Assembly (NCBI RefSeq): GCF_031769215.1
Contig: NW_026782081.1
Location: 1,302,001 to 1,366,000 of the forward strand
DNA length: 64,000 nt
Direction: 5' to 3'
Origin: Ylistrum balloti
Lineage: Eukaryota
The translations under genes and the position numbers were made by a program. The notes beneath the pieces were generated by a model, which saw nothing but the letters and a program-made list of their open reading frames with translations, was not told the origin of the DNA and searched no databases. Position 1 is the first letter of the stretch. Each line of letters begins with the position of its first letter. Shown here piece after piece: positions 32,333 through 46,315 of this stretch.

Positions 32333-32400
32333 AGGTCTGGTAATAGAGCGTTTGGTTTATAACCAAAGTGTCGCTAGTTCGACCCCCAATACAGTGAATA
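32333..32400 (+). mobile_element. tRNA-derived SINE head (decayed)
   Basis: A-box-like GGTCTGGTAATAGAGCG and B-box GTTCGACCCC at tRNA-like spacing. Confidence 0.45.
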
Positions 32401-33644
32401 GTACGCGTCTGTGTCCGTGTGTCGTAGTACGTCTACGCGAAGAACTGAAAGTTTGAAGCCTACTAACACTAGGTAGATTTACCACTTGTGACATTTAATA
32501 AACTACCAACAACATAGTTAGATACATCAAATGTAGTTAGTTTTTAACAGCCTTTTACTGCCTATATATCATTAACAATAGTCGTATATATTCCGAAAAG
32601 TATGTCAACTACCAAACCCGGCAACCAATAATATAAACTAGACAGGACGGTACGACGTTGTTACAGCGCACAGTAGACCGTTGTTACTTCAAATGTAAAT
32701 GACACATTATTCAGCATGTGTGATTAGTTAATTCATCGGTAATTTGAAATAATTATATATTTAGTAGAAAGTTTGATAATGGCAGCAATACATGAAAAGT
32801 GAGTAATAAAGCTGTCAAAGTTCATACCACGTGATAGAATACAGGCATAAGTTGTCCAGCTGTCCATAAACGTGAGTTAGGGGATAGTTCCTGATAATGG
32901 ATTATCTGTCAAAATCATTGTTTATATGTATTTCTAGTGTCTATACCTAAAATTCATCACGCCTTTTTGAAAGTGTCTGTCTAACGGTTTCAGAATTTAC
33001 AGTCTTGGAAATTGGCAGCACATTTATGTCAACTGGAGATCTAGTAACCATTCTTTAATCACTCTTTAAAAGTAGGAAACAATTCCATGTAACAGTTGAC
33101 TTTATTTATTTAGGACAGTACACTAATATTCTATTTATAGATGACCCCGGAATTTATTATATTTTATATCAGTAGTCATTGAACTGATTTTTGTCAAAGG
33201 AGTCGGAACAAATCACTTTGACCATTAACCATACTATTATCTCCACCGTGCGATTCGATGTCAGAATTTCTGTCGTGTGATCACGAAGCTCTTCATTGAC
33301 AACTACCGAACGGTGTTTATCAGCCTCAACACGAGCCATATTTAGGGTACGTTAGCGCCAGAATGATAATCAAGACCTCGTGATGAGGATCCATTAATAA
33401 AAATATTGTCACAATTATTTTATCATTGTACATCGTAGTTGAATTATTAGCATAAATTATAATTGTTAAAATCTGCAAAAAAAATGTTTATCATATTTCA
33501 GTTCTTAAATCTATAGTTCTTATATGTTTATGGGAAAATACAGACACGTGAAAAAAATTTCATCCAAACCAAAATTTAATAAAACTAATCAAAATATGTA
33601 AAATAATAAAATATATGGAGAAATGGTACAAGAAAAAGAAGACC

Positions 33645-33700
33645 ATGTAATCTGGAATACTAAGCGTCTTTTGCTTCATCGACGACACCCTCAATGTGAA
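33645..33700 (-). repeat. Dispersed repeat family R1, inverted copy
   Basis: TAAGCGTCTTTTGCTTCATCGACGACACCC is the reverse complement of the R1 core. Confidence 0.8.
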
Positions 33701-34939
33701 GTTTGGCTAATCAAAGTGAATAATGTCATACTCCTGAATGAGAACAAGGTAAACACCAGCCGAAGGAATGGGCAATCTAAGGAGGAAGACGTAGGAGTTA
33801 TCGTTCTTACTATTCGTATCGTATGTGATTTCGCTTTAGATGTTAAAAGAAATCGACACCAGCGCCTGAAGGAGTTAGAACTTTGTTTTGTCTGAGTGGA
33901 ATTAAATGGAGCCTAAAATATTACTATACCGGAGAGTGGTAATTAATTGAATAAACACGTGTTTAAGTTGATATTTAGATATCATACCCAAGTGTTTTCT
34001 GAATTAAAATTCATATAACGTTCATATACACATGATTTTGAAAACATGATAATTTAGGAGATATCAGGAGTTGATCATGATTGTGCAACTGATATATGGG
34101 CTTTAAGCAATCAACATACCAAACCATGGGAAAAATAGCTAGCGGCTACAAACTATACGATAAGTCATGCATAGTGATGCATTTAAAACGAGACCCAGTT
34201 TATTAAGATAACCCTATCTGTGACTAACCGAGATATCTTCCTACCTGTATCTGAGTTCAGGCCAAGGACATTGGAATAGTGCACCAGGTAGGTTTAATAT
34301 CTAACCAATATGAGAATATGGTATTGTTTTTGTTCTATATTGCCGAAGATAAATATCATATAAATAAATGTGACATGCATTTTGTTTCTGATTCTAAAGA
34401 GAGACACAGACCAAACCACATAAGTTGTTGCCGTAATGGACAAGTCGTGCGGTATGTGTTTCTATCTGTTGACCTCAACATCATACTAGAAACATCATTT
34501 TCATAAAGATTACTACCCATGTTGTACGTCATTTCCTCTTCCGGTCAATTTTCTTGTTGTATGTCTGGTTTGATATTGAGACGGTATTGAACTTTTATAT
34601 TGATATCATGCTGGCACATAATTAGTGTGAAGGCAACAATAAAAAATTGCAGTGACGCAACTTCGAAATGAAACATTAAAAAATGCTTAAAAATAAAACA
34701 GTTTGCTGGTAATGAAATTCCGGCTTTGCACAGTGGTAACATCAGAACAGATATCATACACTATATTTATATCGATGTATAAATAATGGTCAGTGTCGAT
34801 CCCTATTACCATCTCTTTACATTCATTACACATCAATGCTTATGTATATGTATACTTACACAACATAACGATAATCTTTCCTCTCACGCGAGATCTTTAA
34901 GACATTTAAAAAAACATTGATTTCTTTGTCTTATTGCAG

Positions 34940-37900
34940 ACTTCCGGCTAGGTGACGATGGTTCTTTTGAGGTTACAGAAAGCGTCCTTCGTGCTTTCTG
35001 GGACAAAGGCTACATCATTATCAGGTACTTCTAATAAATGTAAATCGTTTAGCACATTTTCTTTTTAATTATAAAAAAATAATAATAAACACATGTTCTT
35101 TTTTCAATTTATATTCATACTGATATGTTTCACGAGCTTTATTTGATACTTACACGTGCATTTTGTGGCTTAACGTTGGTGCTTAGGGCTTTACTGGACA
35201 ACGAGGAGCTGACCAAGGTCAAGGAGGTCATTGAAAATCCTAATGTACTTAAGTACCAGTACGGGGTGAGTACACATCCAACTAGACAGTGATGATTAAA
35301 TACACTTAATCGTTATTAGCTTGATGTCTTCTAACTAAGCTCATAGTCATGTGACGTCCCTTTTGATGGCATACGGCTACATTGCCAACACACCTGTTTT
35401 CTCTACTTCAATGTGATTTGTTTTGTGTACTTGTTGTATAATGCTAATTACTTGATGCTCTCCATATCTACCGCCTGTCATTTCCATGCTGCTCTATTTG
35501 TTTATAATCTGAATACATGCAGCGACCAGACAAAAGTGGTAAGGAACCAAAGCTCATATTATGGCAGCATCCAGGTGATGACGTCACAGGAATGGTGGCT
35601 CGTTGTCGGAAGATTGCAGGAACATGTGATAAGGTACATGTACAGAAGTGGTATTGTATTAGACATTAATGCTGGTATCAGATAACATCTGTCTGGGAAT
35701 GAGATTAATTCTTCTTTTAACAAGGCATGTGGTTAGCATTAATAAATCCGTCTTCTTTAGTTTGTATCAAGTAACATCTATAAAAACGAATTTAAACCGT
35801 CTGTGATATTTCTGCAACCTTCACTAAAACAACAAAAAGATCTAATAGATATAATATTTCTTTTCTGTCTTATCACTTATAATGCAGATAACAAAAGGAT
35901 TTATTCGAATTAACATTAACCGTATCTTGGATACATTGCATGTATATATTCCTGACATCTTATCTCGGGTTTTTAGCTCCTGGGGGGCGAGGTATACCAT
36001 TACCATACCAAACTTGTCACGAAAGAACCCTACATTGGAGGCACGTTTGAATGGCACCAGGACTATGGGTACGTAGATAACTTATGTAGTGTTCAATAAC
36101 AGAAACAGGTATGTGACCATCGGTAGGTATTGAACATTCGCCGAAACAGGAACGCGTGATGGAATACAAACATTGTACAGTCTGATATCACTATGAACGG
36201 AATAAAACATAGTTTAATCCCTACTCACTACAATGCGGTTATCTGAATCGTGAGTACATGTAAATCAGCTTTCCTCAGACAGAACCATGGTCAAATTCAA
36301 GGAGACTGATTTATCATCATTTTACCTGATAGGTCCTTTAATTATATTTTCCAAAACAAAGTTAATGGTATTTTACATGAACATTTCTGATGATGCTTCG
36401 TGATACGAATGGCTTAATGATTATCAGTGCAAAGAATGGTTGGCATTTTCAATCAATCTAAGAATACATTTTACCATGTACTCGTGCGGTCACGATATAG
36501 TCTGGGCTACAATATCTCTCATTTGATATCGATGTTATTTCTAGCTGTTGTGAAAGTCTGATAAATGCGGCTATTAAGGCGTTTGCTTGTCAATAAGAAT
36601 CGCATGCTTGAAATTACACGTGTAGCCTGTACTTGAAATGGCTGTTTTACACTTCTGAAAGATATCCTGATGCAATATATATATAGGCAACATGTTAAAG
36701 ATTGATATAGGATTCCAGCCCTCCATGCAACGTACACATGTAATCAGATCAAATGTCGGCGTACGTAGAGTTTCTTTAAGTAAATATTCATGAATTTGAT
36801 CATCTTTACGATATACTTACATTGTGAATGTACATTACACGATCTTACCTCTCGGGTATAACACAGACATCACGTTTGTTTGTAATTAGTATTGTCGAGT
36901 TCAGATTGATACTCGTAGTTAAAGTAAGGTGATATTTATATGTCACGGCTTAACCTGCAGATATCACACAAGTGCATTGATGAATAGAGAAAAGGGTAAC
37001 CATTGTCAACTGTCTATTGATCTCCCAATAGAGATCAGTATCAGTAATGTCATATATATATCACTAGTATGTCTAATATTTTAGTATCTTTCACGAGGGT
37101 GCAATAAAAAAAAAGTCCTTTCTAGATATGCGTGTTTTTGTACGGTACTTAGTCAATTTTATATGATGATGTGACTACTCTGGTTTCATTAGTACAAGTT
37201 TGAAAAAGTTATTTTTCACTAGTATATGAACTTGATATTTCTCTACATTTCAGTAGTAAAAATGTTATTAATAACATTTAGCGGAGCATTTAAAGACAAT
37301 ATACATCCTACTGGCAATAAAAAAGAAATTCACTAAGGAATTGCTTCAGCGGAGAAATGACTTTCTGTCCTGTAATCAAATGATAAGTTTGCTATGGGTA
37401 TATGCCACTATATATTACAGGTACTGGTACAAGTATGGCTGTTTGTTCCCAGACATGATGAGTGTGTTTGTGGCCGTGGATCAATGTAGAAAAGCCAACG
37501 GATGTCTCCAGGTCAGACCACAAGTTTATATTCTGAAACAATGTAGCTATAAAACCATTTAATTGACATTATATGAAATTGATAAGATATATAGTGTTAA
37601 AAAGGTACTCGCATATTACGTGCTTTTATATCAAATAGGTCGACTCCTTGCAATTAAGAACCCTTTATCAACACTCACTCTTTGAACAGACTGAAATACA
37701 TACTGGAATTTATCGTGATTATAGTGATACATTTTCTATAAATAAAGGTAAAGGACCACGGTGAAGCTTATCATACAACGTGTCCTTTATAATGAGCTCT
37801 TGCTCGATATTGTCTTTCATCCTGGCTGTTTGGAGGCCGTTCTTAATTACTATTTATATAACGATGCTTTATGCAATGTTTGGCAACATCATGATAAAAC

Positions 37901-38680
37901 TATATGAACATAAAATAAAACCGACATGCAATTTTTCAGCTACTAAGCGGCTCACACAAATGTGGAAGGATTGACCACACGATCGTTGCTCATCAGACTG
38001 GAGCTGACGTCGACAGGGTGGAGGCCATACAAGAAAAGCTTCAACACGTATATGCCGAACTCGACGCAGGTACATTGATGTTTTATATTGATAGAAAAAA
38101 ATATGACGTCAGAAGGTTTCTGTATTCCTTTTATCGGATGTACTTAATCAAAGCTGTTTTTTTTCATGAATATATTGCCAAACGATTGTGTTGTTTGTAA
38201 TTGCGATACACATTCCAATAGATAAGTGAACACACAGAAACGTATAATACATTTTCTGTCAATATGATGTCTTTTTCCTAAACCGAAAAAAATGTTTTAT
38301 TCAAATTGGTAATACATGGCAATGTAAACCTTTTGTGCATCAGGTGACGCTCTGTTTTTCCATTGTAACGTGCTTCACACAAGCACTGACAACACCAGTG
38401 CCGACAATAGACGGGGTCTCATCTTAGCGTACAACAGGAAGTCTAACAATCCAGGACCGCACCAAAAACACCCGGGTTACCGTCCGATAAATCAGGTAAA
38501 ATAATTCCTATTAAAATACAGGATATAATTAATAAATTTCAATGTTTGGCTCATTATGGAAATATACTTCATTTCATTTAATTTTCATTGATTTAGGTTT
38601 CTGATGATGCTGTTCGACAATGCACAAATACGACCAATTTTGAGGGTAAGGATTTCTGGATAGTACAACCACAAATATAG
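34940..38680 (+). CDS. PhyH-family Fe(II)/2OG dioxygenase copy 1 (proline-hydroxylase/ectoine-hydroxylase-like); first coding exon unresolved
   Basis: Exons 34940-35024, 35187-35265, 35523-35633, 35977-36068, 37421-37511, 37940-38069, 38344-38495 and 38597-38680 are in frame. Motifs: [19 protein letters not shown] (HxD), [21 protein letters not shown] (distal His) and RR. Confidence 0.88.
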
Positions 38681-38993
38681 TTGACGGATGATATTAGTCT
38701 TTTAGCACATGTACGTGGGTTTACATTCGTCATCATCATGCTCTAATCAAATGATTTTAAGAATTGTGCATATCCATCCTACTAACTATTTGGATATAAT
38801 GAAAAGTTAAGTCTTCGCTGTAGCAACGTGATATTGCAGTTATTCTTTCAAAAAAGGACAGTGACAGAGAAATGATACAATACAATTCTATTTGTATTTA
38901 ATAGCGTTGTGTTTTGTTTGTCATACCGAATCTTCGGGATGGGCAATTCGGTTTACACCAATACAATAGGTTTTATTAGGCAAACGGAAACGA

Positions 38994-39100
38994 TACGGGG
39001 CCGCCCATGAGGACTATATCCCGTCGACATACGGGGCCGCCCATGAGTACTATATCCGGTCGACATACGGCGCCGCCCATGAGGACTATATCCCGTCGAC
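38994..39100. repeat. 36-bp GC-rich tandem repeat x3
   Basis: CCGCCCATGAGGACTATATCCCGTCGACATACGGGG units at 39001, 39037 and 39073. Confidence 0.95.
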
Positions 39101-39334
39101 TATTTAAGTTCTGTTCTATACCTCTCCATCGACCGATAGAAACATTCCAGGATGGATCAGTTCCAGTAATGTATGAACAGATTGCGAGAAACAACACCGA
39201 CCGTGATGTCCTGCTATCCGGTTTTGCTTAATCGTCATAGAGTTGCTTGATAAGCAAGGTGCAAGACATTTGTGATTCACAAACAGGAAATGGTCTTAAG
39301 CGAAATTAAAAATGATTCCAAATTTCACTTGAAA

Positions 39335-39760
39335 GCAGTGACGATCCCTTTCGGATGTACCGAAGGTCGAGTGATTGTGACATCTACCGCGACGTTATAT
39401 AATTCAGCGTCGTCAGTTTAACAGAGGGAACCGTATTGTGTGGGATAATTTCCCGGTCTGGGTTGACGTTACAGTGGGTGGATACCTCTTCGGTTGGAAG
39501 GCAATTTAACTGGCTTGCGCTACTATGAGGAAATCACACGTCAATCCAGCATAACATCATTTTGCATCAGGACAACGCACTATCTGACAATGCACTTGTT
39601 GATAGGGCATATCTACAAGCAGTATAACATCATCGTGTCATTTTTCACGTCATATGTAATGGTATTCATTATAAATAACGATTCGCGACAAAATGTAGGC
39701 TTTTTGCGTATATCGGACTATACAAACCCATCTGGTCAAGTGTATGAATGTTACACATTC
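39335..39760 (+). mobile_element. Decayed Tc1/mariner transposase fragment
   Basis: Across frameshifts: QFNRGNRIVWD (cf. FGGGSVMVWG), EGNLTGLRYYEEI (cf. GNLTxxRYxDEIL), HQDNA (cf. QQDNA) and SDYTNP (cf. SPDLNP), in the expected order. Confidence 0.65.
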
Positions 39761-41365
39761 GATGGTGAAGGTGAGAAGTCCATCGAAAAGATATCCTGGT
39801 AGAAACAAATATAATTTTCACATTTTGTGTTGCATTCTCCTACTTTCACTTTTCACATAGGTATCCATTTTGAAGCTGTTGGACATAAGTAAGACCTTCA
39901 CATATAATAAGTGACTTTAAAGCTGTCAAATATGATAGATCAGATATTGTCAAACATGCAATTTAACGGCAAATTCACCATAACATACTTGGTTACCAAG
40001 TTTGCCTTCGTCTGCTACAGTACGACCTGACAGTCCAAATTACAAATGTAAAATCTGTTGCAAACAAAACGTCATACTGACAGCATGGACAGCCATTTAA
40101 TTTCTGTAGTTATTCTATTCTGAAAATTACAGCAATCCACTCCGCGACACGATAACATAAATAATTTCTGAAGAAACACTAGACGCATTGTTTCGTGAAA
40201 TCTAACTCAGAACCGCGTCACTTTTTGATGAAATATTAATGCGCTATTCTATTTCAAACGAATTAGAAAATACATTGTAAATTTCATTCGAAAAAATTGC
40301 GAGATTTCACGCTTTTTTGTATCAATAATCAGGTTGAATTTGTGACGAAACTATAACATACAATTGCTATATATGACGACACGAGGAAGTATATCATTAC
40401 GACTGTTCTCGAATTTGGACTTGCTGACGTCATTATGTGGTTAAGCGGGAAATTTAGATAGCGTTTACCTTGTTGTTGTTTTGTTTCGATTGCTTTATAG
40501 ACATTTGAAAACGGAAATATAATCATCTGGTAATTTGTTGAACGTAGCTTGGTTCTACAGGAATATGTATACAAAGTCTACAAATAACACATAAAATAGC
40601 TTGATCATTATGAAAATGTAATGTTGTAGCAGACATGAATTATCCGAAATTTTGTTGCTGGTAGGAAACATCCAGGAACTGAAGACTATCATACATTTAT
40701 AAGAACAAGGTACCAAGGAAGAGTAGGAATTTAAGGTAAAATGAATCAATACACTGTAATCATATGGCCATATATCTATATCATCCAGTCTGACAACAGC
40801 AAAATGCCAACATGTCATCAAAGTCATAATCGAAACTCAAATTCAATCAAACTAGGGTTAAATTAAAAAGAATATTTACACAAAGCCTTATTAAGGCAAG
40901 TTCAATCATATAAAATAAATTCCAGAGCCAAATCTTTGCAGCTTATGTCCCTCTGCGATATATACGTATTATTCAGCAGACACAAGGTGAATAGCACATT
41001 TCAATTCCACTTTTACACTCAGTTTAACCATATGTTTTACATTGAAAATTATTGGTCACCTCAGATGCATCACAAATGATCACCGAGAGACATGTAACAT
41101 ACATATGATTGACATGTGTTCTGGAAAAGTTGACATTTAAATAAAGAATTGCTCGATTGAGCGGAAATGAAAAAATGACAAAGTAAAAGAAAAATAGAAA
41201 CGTATGCAGTTCAGACCTTAGAATTGCCTGAAATATAATAAAATAAATCTATCAAACGAATGGAAATTATGAATTTTTTTTATTATGGGACTGCTGCACC
41301 TCCCCGTCTAGATTTTGACTTTCCTTTTGATCACTTTGGATTTTTCCTTCAAATTTAGGCACTTA

Positions 41366-41409
41366 GCATCACTGACGAGTCTTAGAAGGACGAAACATCT
41401 GTATGATGC
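41366..41409 (+). ncRNA. Minimal type I hammerhead ribozyme
   Basis: Stem I GCATCA/TGATGC (6 bp); core CTGACGA (41372-41378); stem II GTCT/GGAC closed by a 5-nt loop; GAAA (41392-41395); stem III C-ATCT-G; cleavage triplet GTA ending at 41403. Confidence 0.75.
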
Positions 41410-41989
41410 AGTCATGATGAGTCTACTGTACTCATTCTAAATTATGCGTCTTTTGTACAATCCCGAATTCAATGATAAATACGGGAGTATTGCACCGGAT
41501 AATCTGCGTAAAACAATTTTAGAAGTACACCTACAAATGTACAAGGTTTCGAGATTTTAGGTCATAGACAATGCTGGTTGTGGTTTTAATTAATTCGAAT
41601 CGTGACACGATTTAAAAGATATCCATTTATTTGACGTTTGTCTTAAATCGTCAAATATATGAAATTCGTAAAGTTTATTGATAAATGGAGCTAGTGCACC
41701 ACCCCATCTAAAGGTTGACATTTTTTTTACTGCTTTAGAGTTTTCTCCTTGGGGTTCAAAATCTAGGGATTTTTTATGACAAAACTATATGGTGAAGTTT
41801 ATTTCATTGTTTGGTTCAACTCTATTTGCTTGTAAATACGTATTAATAGTGCTATTCACTTTAGTGTCTTTTGTACAATCTAAGACAGTACATGGTTAAT
41901 AAATGGATTCGGGTTAAAAGGAGATCTTCATTGTACTGGTGCAAATGATTAGCGAGAGTATAAGTTTACCTATTATGATATTCATATGT

Positions 41990-43295
41990 TAGAGTACAGG
42001 AATACAGCTTGATAACAGCATTTAAGAATACAGTTTGATACCCACTTTTGAGAATACAACTTGATATTCACCTTTGAGAATAGAATACAGCTTGATACCC
42101 ACCTTTGAGAATACAGCTTGATATTCACCTTTGAGAATAGAATACAGCCCGATACCCACCTTTGAGAATACAGCTTGATATTCACCTTTGAGAATACAGC
42201 CCGATACCCACCTTTGAGAATACAGCTTGATATCCACCTTTGAGAATACAGCTTGATACCCACCTTTGAGAATACAGATTGATACCCACCTTTGAGAATA
42301 CAGCTTGATATTCACCTTTGAGAATAGAATACAGCCCGATACCCACCTTTGAGAATACAGCTTGATATCCACCTTTGAGAATAGAATACAGCCCGATACC
42401 CACCTTTGAGAATACAGCTTGATATCCACCTTTGAGAATACAGCTTGATACCCACCTTTGAGAATACAGCTTGGTACCCACATTTAAGAATACAACTTGA
42501 TATTCACCTTTGAGAATAGAATACAGATTGATACCCACCTTTGAGAATACAACTTGATATTCACCTTTGAGAATAGAATACAGCCCGATACCCACCTTTG
42601 AGAATACAGCTTGATATCCACATTTGAGAATACAGCTTGATACCCACCTTTGAGAATACAGATTGATACCCACCTTTGAGAATACAGCTTGATATTCACC
42701 TTTGAGAATAGAATACAGCCCGATACCCACCTTTGAGAATACAGCTTGATATCCACCTTTGAGAATAGAATACAGCCCGATACCCACCTTTGAGAATACA
42801 GCTTGATATCCACCTTTGAGAATACAGCTTGATACCCACCTTTGAGAATACAGCTTGGTACCCACATTTAAGAATACAACTTGATATTCACCTTTGAGAA
42901 TAGAATACAGATTGATACCCACCTTTGAGAATACAACTTGATATTCACCTTTGAGAATAGAATACAGCCCGATACCCACCTTTGAGAATACAGCTTGATA
43001 TCCACATTTGAGAATACAGATTGATACCCACCTTTGAAAATACAACTTGATATTCACCTTTGAGAATAGAATACAGCCCGATACCCACCTTTGAGAATAC
43101 AGCTTGATATTCACCTTTGAGAATAGAATACAGCCCGATACCCACCTTTGAGAATACAGCTTGATATCCACCTTTGAGAATGCAGCTTGGTACCCACATT
43201 TGAGAATACAGATTGATACCCGCCTTTGAGAATACAGCTTGATACCCACCTTTGAGAGTACAGCTTGGTACCCACATTTGAGAATACAGCTTGAT
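41990..43295. repeat. ~1.3-kb satellite of 26-bp and 31-bp monomers with higher-order duplication
   Basis: Monomer GAGAATACAGCTTGATACCCACCTTT, variant GAGAATAGAATACAGCCCGATACCCACCTTT. The marker GGTACCCACATTTAAGAATACAAC recurs 384 bp apart (42474 and 42858). Confidence 0.97.
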
Positions 43296-43559
43296 GTCCA
43301 ACTGTGATAGCGCGGGTTTTTCTAGCTTCATACTAATCTTTTAGAACACAGGATTATGTAGCAGCATGACTAACTTAGAAATTACAGAGTTATCTAGCTT
43401 GATACCACATAGGAGCATGCGAGACCACCAATCTTGATGTGCAAGCTACCTACTTCATATAGTAAACCTTGTGAAATCCAAGAAAGTAATGTCACGTTCT
43501 CTAATGAGAACAAGATACACAATAGCGGAACCAACAGGCAAACTAACGACCATCAAGAC

Positions 43560-43705
43560 GGCCAGCTTCTTATCGGTCTAAGAAATAGACTTTTTCTCAA
43601 TGAGATCACTTTGGCGACCATAAACCTCCCCATAATTTTCATCAACCCGCATCTTTTGAAACCCTGTGTTACGTCAGTTGACGACCTCGTACAGAAAAAA
43701 TGTTG
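43560..43705 (-). mobile_element. Penelope-like RT C-terminal fragment
   Basis: Minus strand reads RGRQLT...TQGFKR...VYGRQSDLIEK across frameshifts, homologous to the 28200-28420 fragment. Confidence 0.6.
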
Positions 43706-44623
43706 TCTTTTTTTTTTTTTTTTTTTATGAAATAATTAAAATGTTAAATCAAAATGAGTAGTAAACAATTTATTTTAAATCTATATCTAGAGGGGTTATC
43801 TTTAAAAGCATAATTGTTCAAAGGCTTTGAAATAGTGATTTTTTTAATTTCAAACACACGTTTAACCAATATGGCGATTGGAAAAAACAGCGGATCCTTT
43901 TGGACTTTAAACAACGTACAATTGTTGTTTAACCGTTACAGTCATTAACATAAAAAAATAGCGTATTGTTTAATAACTTATCATTAATTTGAAACTTGTG
44001 ATGCCAAATCCTATATGAACATGTAACATTTACAGAATTTTACAAAGTATTCAGGTAGTTCTTACCTGTAACTATGCATAGATAACGTACAACGTTCTAT
44101 ACTTAGGATCATATTGCCTTGTCAATATATTTATAAACTGTATCATATCTCTGCAATCAGTCTGAACACGCCACCTTGAATGTGACCCAATATATTTAGG
44201 TTCCTGCTCGCAAACATACAGGTAAGAAAAAAGGAAGCATTAGTTATAAGTAAGATTTATTAACATGCAGATTTACCTTGAAGGGGCTATTATGTTTCCG
44301 TGATTATTAACCAAAGAATGTGTATTTATCATCCCGATATATACAATCAACTTATGCAACATATCATGTCTACAAACAACAGTTTATTGTTCTGACATGT
44401 ACAACCGGTATCTTGTACGTTTGAGATACTACCACGTACGTACAGATTAATAATAATAATTGATTGATAAATAAATGACAATATGATGTTTTTAAATAAC
44501 AATGTATTGATATGTTCATCATGTATACCTACTACGTTTGGAATTCGAAGGAAGGACCGATTCCTCTACATGATCGATCTTTTCCAAACTTTTCCGGATT
44601 AATTAGATTTCTCTAATCCCGTT

Positions 44624-44830
44624 CATCTCGATATTTTCCTACAACGAAACCGACTTGGACAGCTTTCCACCAAGCTGTATGATAAGTGTGATGATTTCAA
44701 TTTCCCTATCGTATATTTTCCATTTCAGGATAGCAGTATCGACATCCCCAAGCTATAGTGTTAACATGTCGAAGTTGATTTGATATTCGAATGATTGTTC
44801 TCATTATCACGATTTTCGTACAAGGAGATG
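44624..44830 (+). mobile_element. Penelope-like RT C-terminal fragment
   Basis: HLDIFLQRNRLGQLSTKLYDKCDDFNFPIVYFPFQDSSI, followed by a degenerate LIxYSxxCSHYHDF. Confidence 0.7.
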
Positions 44831-45814
44831 AAAATTATGATTAAGTTTACAGTCATCTCATAATGGTCTCATCCAGAAATATTCTACCTTTTGTGCGATA
44901 TAAAGCTGCACTTGTTTGATGCTCGTTATTGATCATGGATAGATCAAAATGTACATGACGGATGTTGGTGATGGAGCCTAGTATGCCTTCTAAATATCTT
45001 TTCCGTCCGAGTTGCTAATCTGTATGTCAAACTGCTATCGTATACGAGTCATATTAGATCTTGTATAGACATGCATGACTTACAAGAAAATCTATTTTTT
45101 TATAGTGGCTCTAATCAGACGCGTATATGACATAGTGTTTATTCACTTAACCCATTGCCTATACATAGCTATATGTTCTCTTGTAACTAATTGCTTATTT
45201 CATGTTATTAGTTGTTATATTACCTAGGAAAATACATACTTTAGTATATTGCACAATGGAAGTTTGTGTGAAAACTTACTTTGTCAACAATTAGTAAACA
45301 TAGTTTGACATCATCAGTTCGATAACTTTAAAACCATTGCGAATAGACAGTGATTTTGTTTGTTTGTTGAATTTCACGTCCTCGCAACAGTCAATGTATG
45401 ACAGTAATAGTGCCGTCATACTGAATATTCATATCCTTGGTTTGATAGCACGATATAAATTCGGTAATATTATAATGTTTAGTTTACGAGTTATCTGCAT
45501 ACAGTGGTTAAAGATTAAAAACATGTATAAATCTCGTAGTATAGACTCAAAGTGCATGAAAACGATAGCAATCTATGGATGTTGACATTGAGAAAAGTAA
45601 AGATCGTGTCAAAAAAACCCAAATGTCTTGGTATTTTGTTTCATATGAAAAGCACGTCATTCAAATATTGGCACTATTGACAAACACATTCAACATCTAA
45701 TTGTTTAGGAAAATTGAGTAGTTCTTTATAAACAAATAATGATTTCGACCATAAATATTTCCCGTAGTCATCAACTTGCAGCGATGGTTTCGTTGTTGTA
45801 TACCTTGTTCTCAT

Positions 45815-45910
45815 TTGAGAATGTTGATGCTACGATTGATCAAGGTTTACAAGGCGTTTATCGTCGATGAAGCAGAAGACGCCTACTCATTCGGAAAAAC
45901 CTGGTCTTAT
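45815..45910 (+). repeat. Dispersed repeat family R1
   Basis: GATCAAGGTTTACAAGGCG...CGTCGATGAAGCAGAAGACGCCTACTC. Confidence 0.85.
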
Positions 45911-46315
45911 TTGAGTTTGGATTATAATTATGTTGACGTGTTGACGCGACCATACAAAGCTGTTTTAATGTGAAATTGAAGAGAAGAGAAGGTTTGTATT
46001 TAATCGAAAGTTAGCAAAAATCAAATGGAAAAAAATTATTTGATATGTTTCGGTCTAACTTGTGTATTTTGTCGCGTGGACAAATTCCGAACATTAAGAA
46101 AAAAACTTTGTTTGTTGGTATTTCTATTCGTCCAAAATTTGGAAATGGTGTTCTGGACGTCAGTTGTCATTTGACAGTCTTCATAAATGAACATATGAAT
46201 AAAAAGGCTGACATTGTACGAGACAAACTTGAACGTGAATTGTGGTGCACGAGATCAAATGGCATTAACCGTGATATTGTAATTTCAGGTGTAATATTAC
46301 CGTGAAACCGTTGTG

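Noticed and set aside
39699-39888. Two apparent micro-exons (YTNPSGQVYECYTF, superficially like a cereblon CULT motif, and GIHFEAVGH) with good splice signals
   Set aside because: The first overlaps the collinear Tc1 transposase relic (SPDLNP region), and I found no flanking exons, start or stop.
42182-43249. 355-aa minus-strand ORF and overlapping 93-153-aa ORFs
   Set aside because: Translations of the 26/31-bp satellite; periodic, no domain, no splice context.
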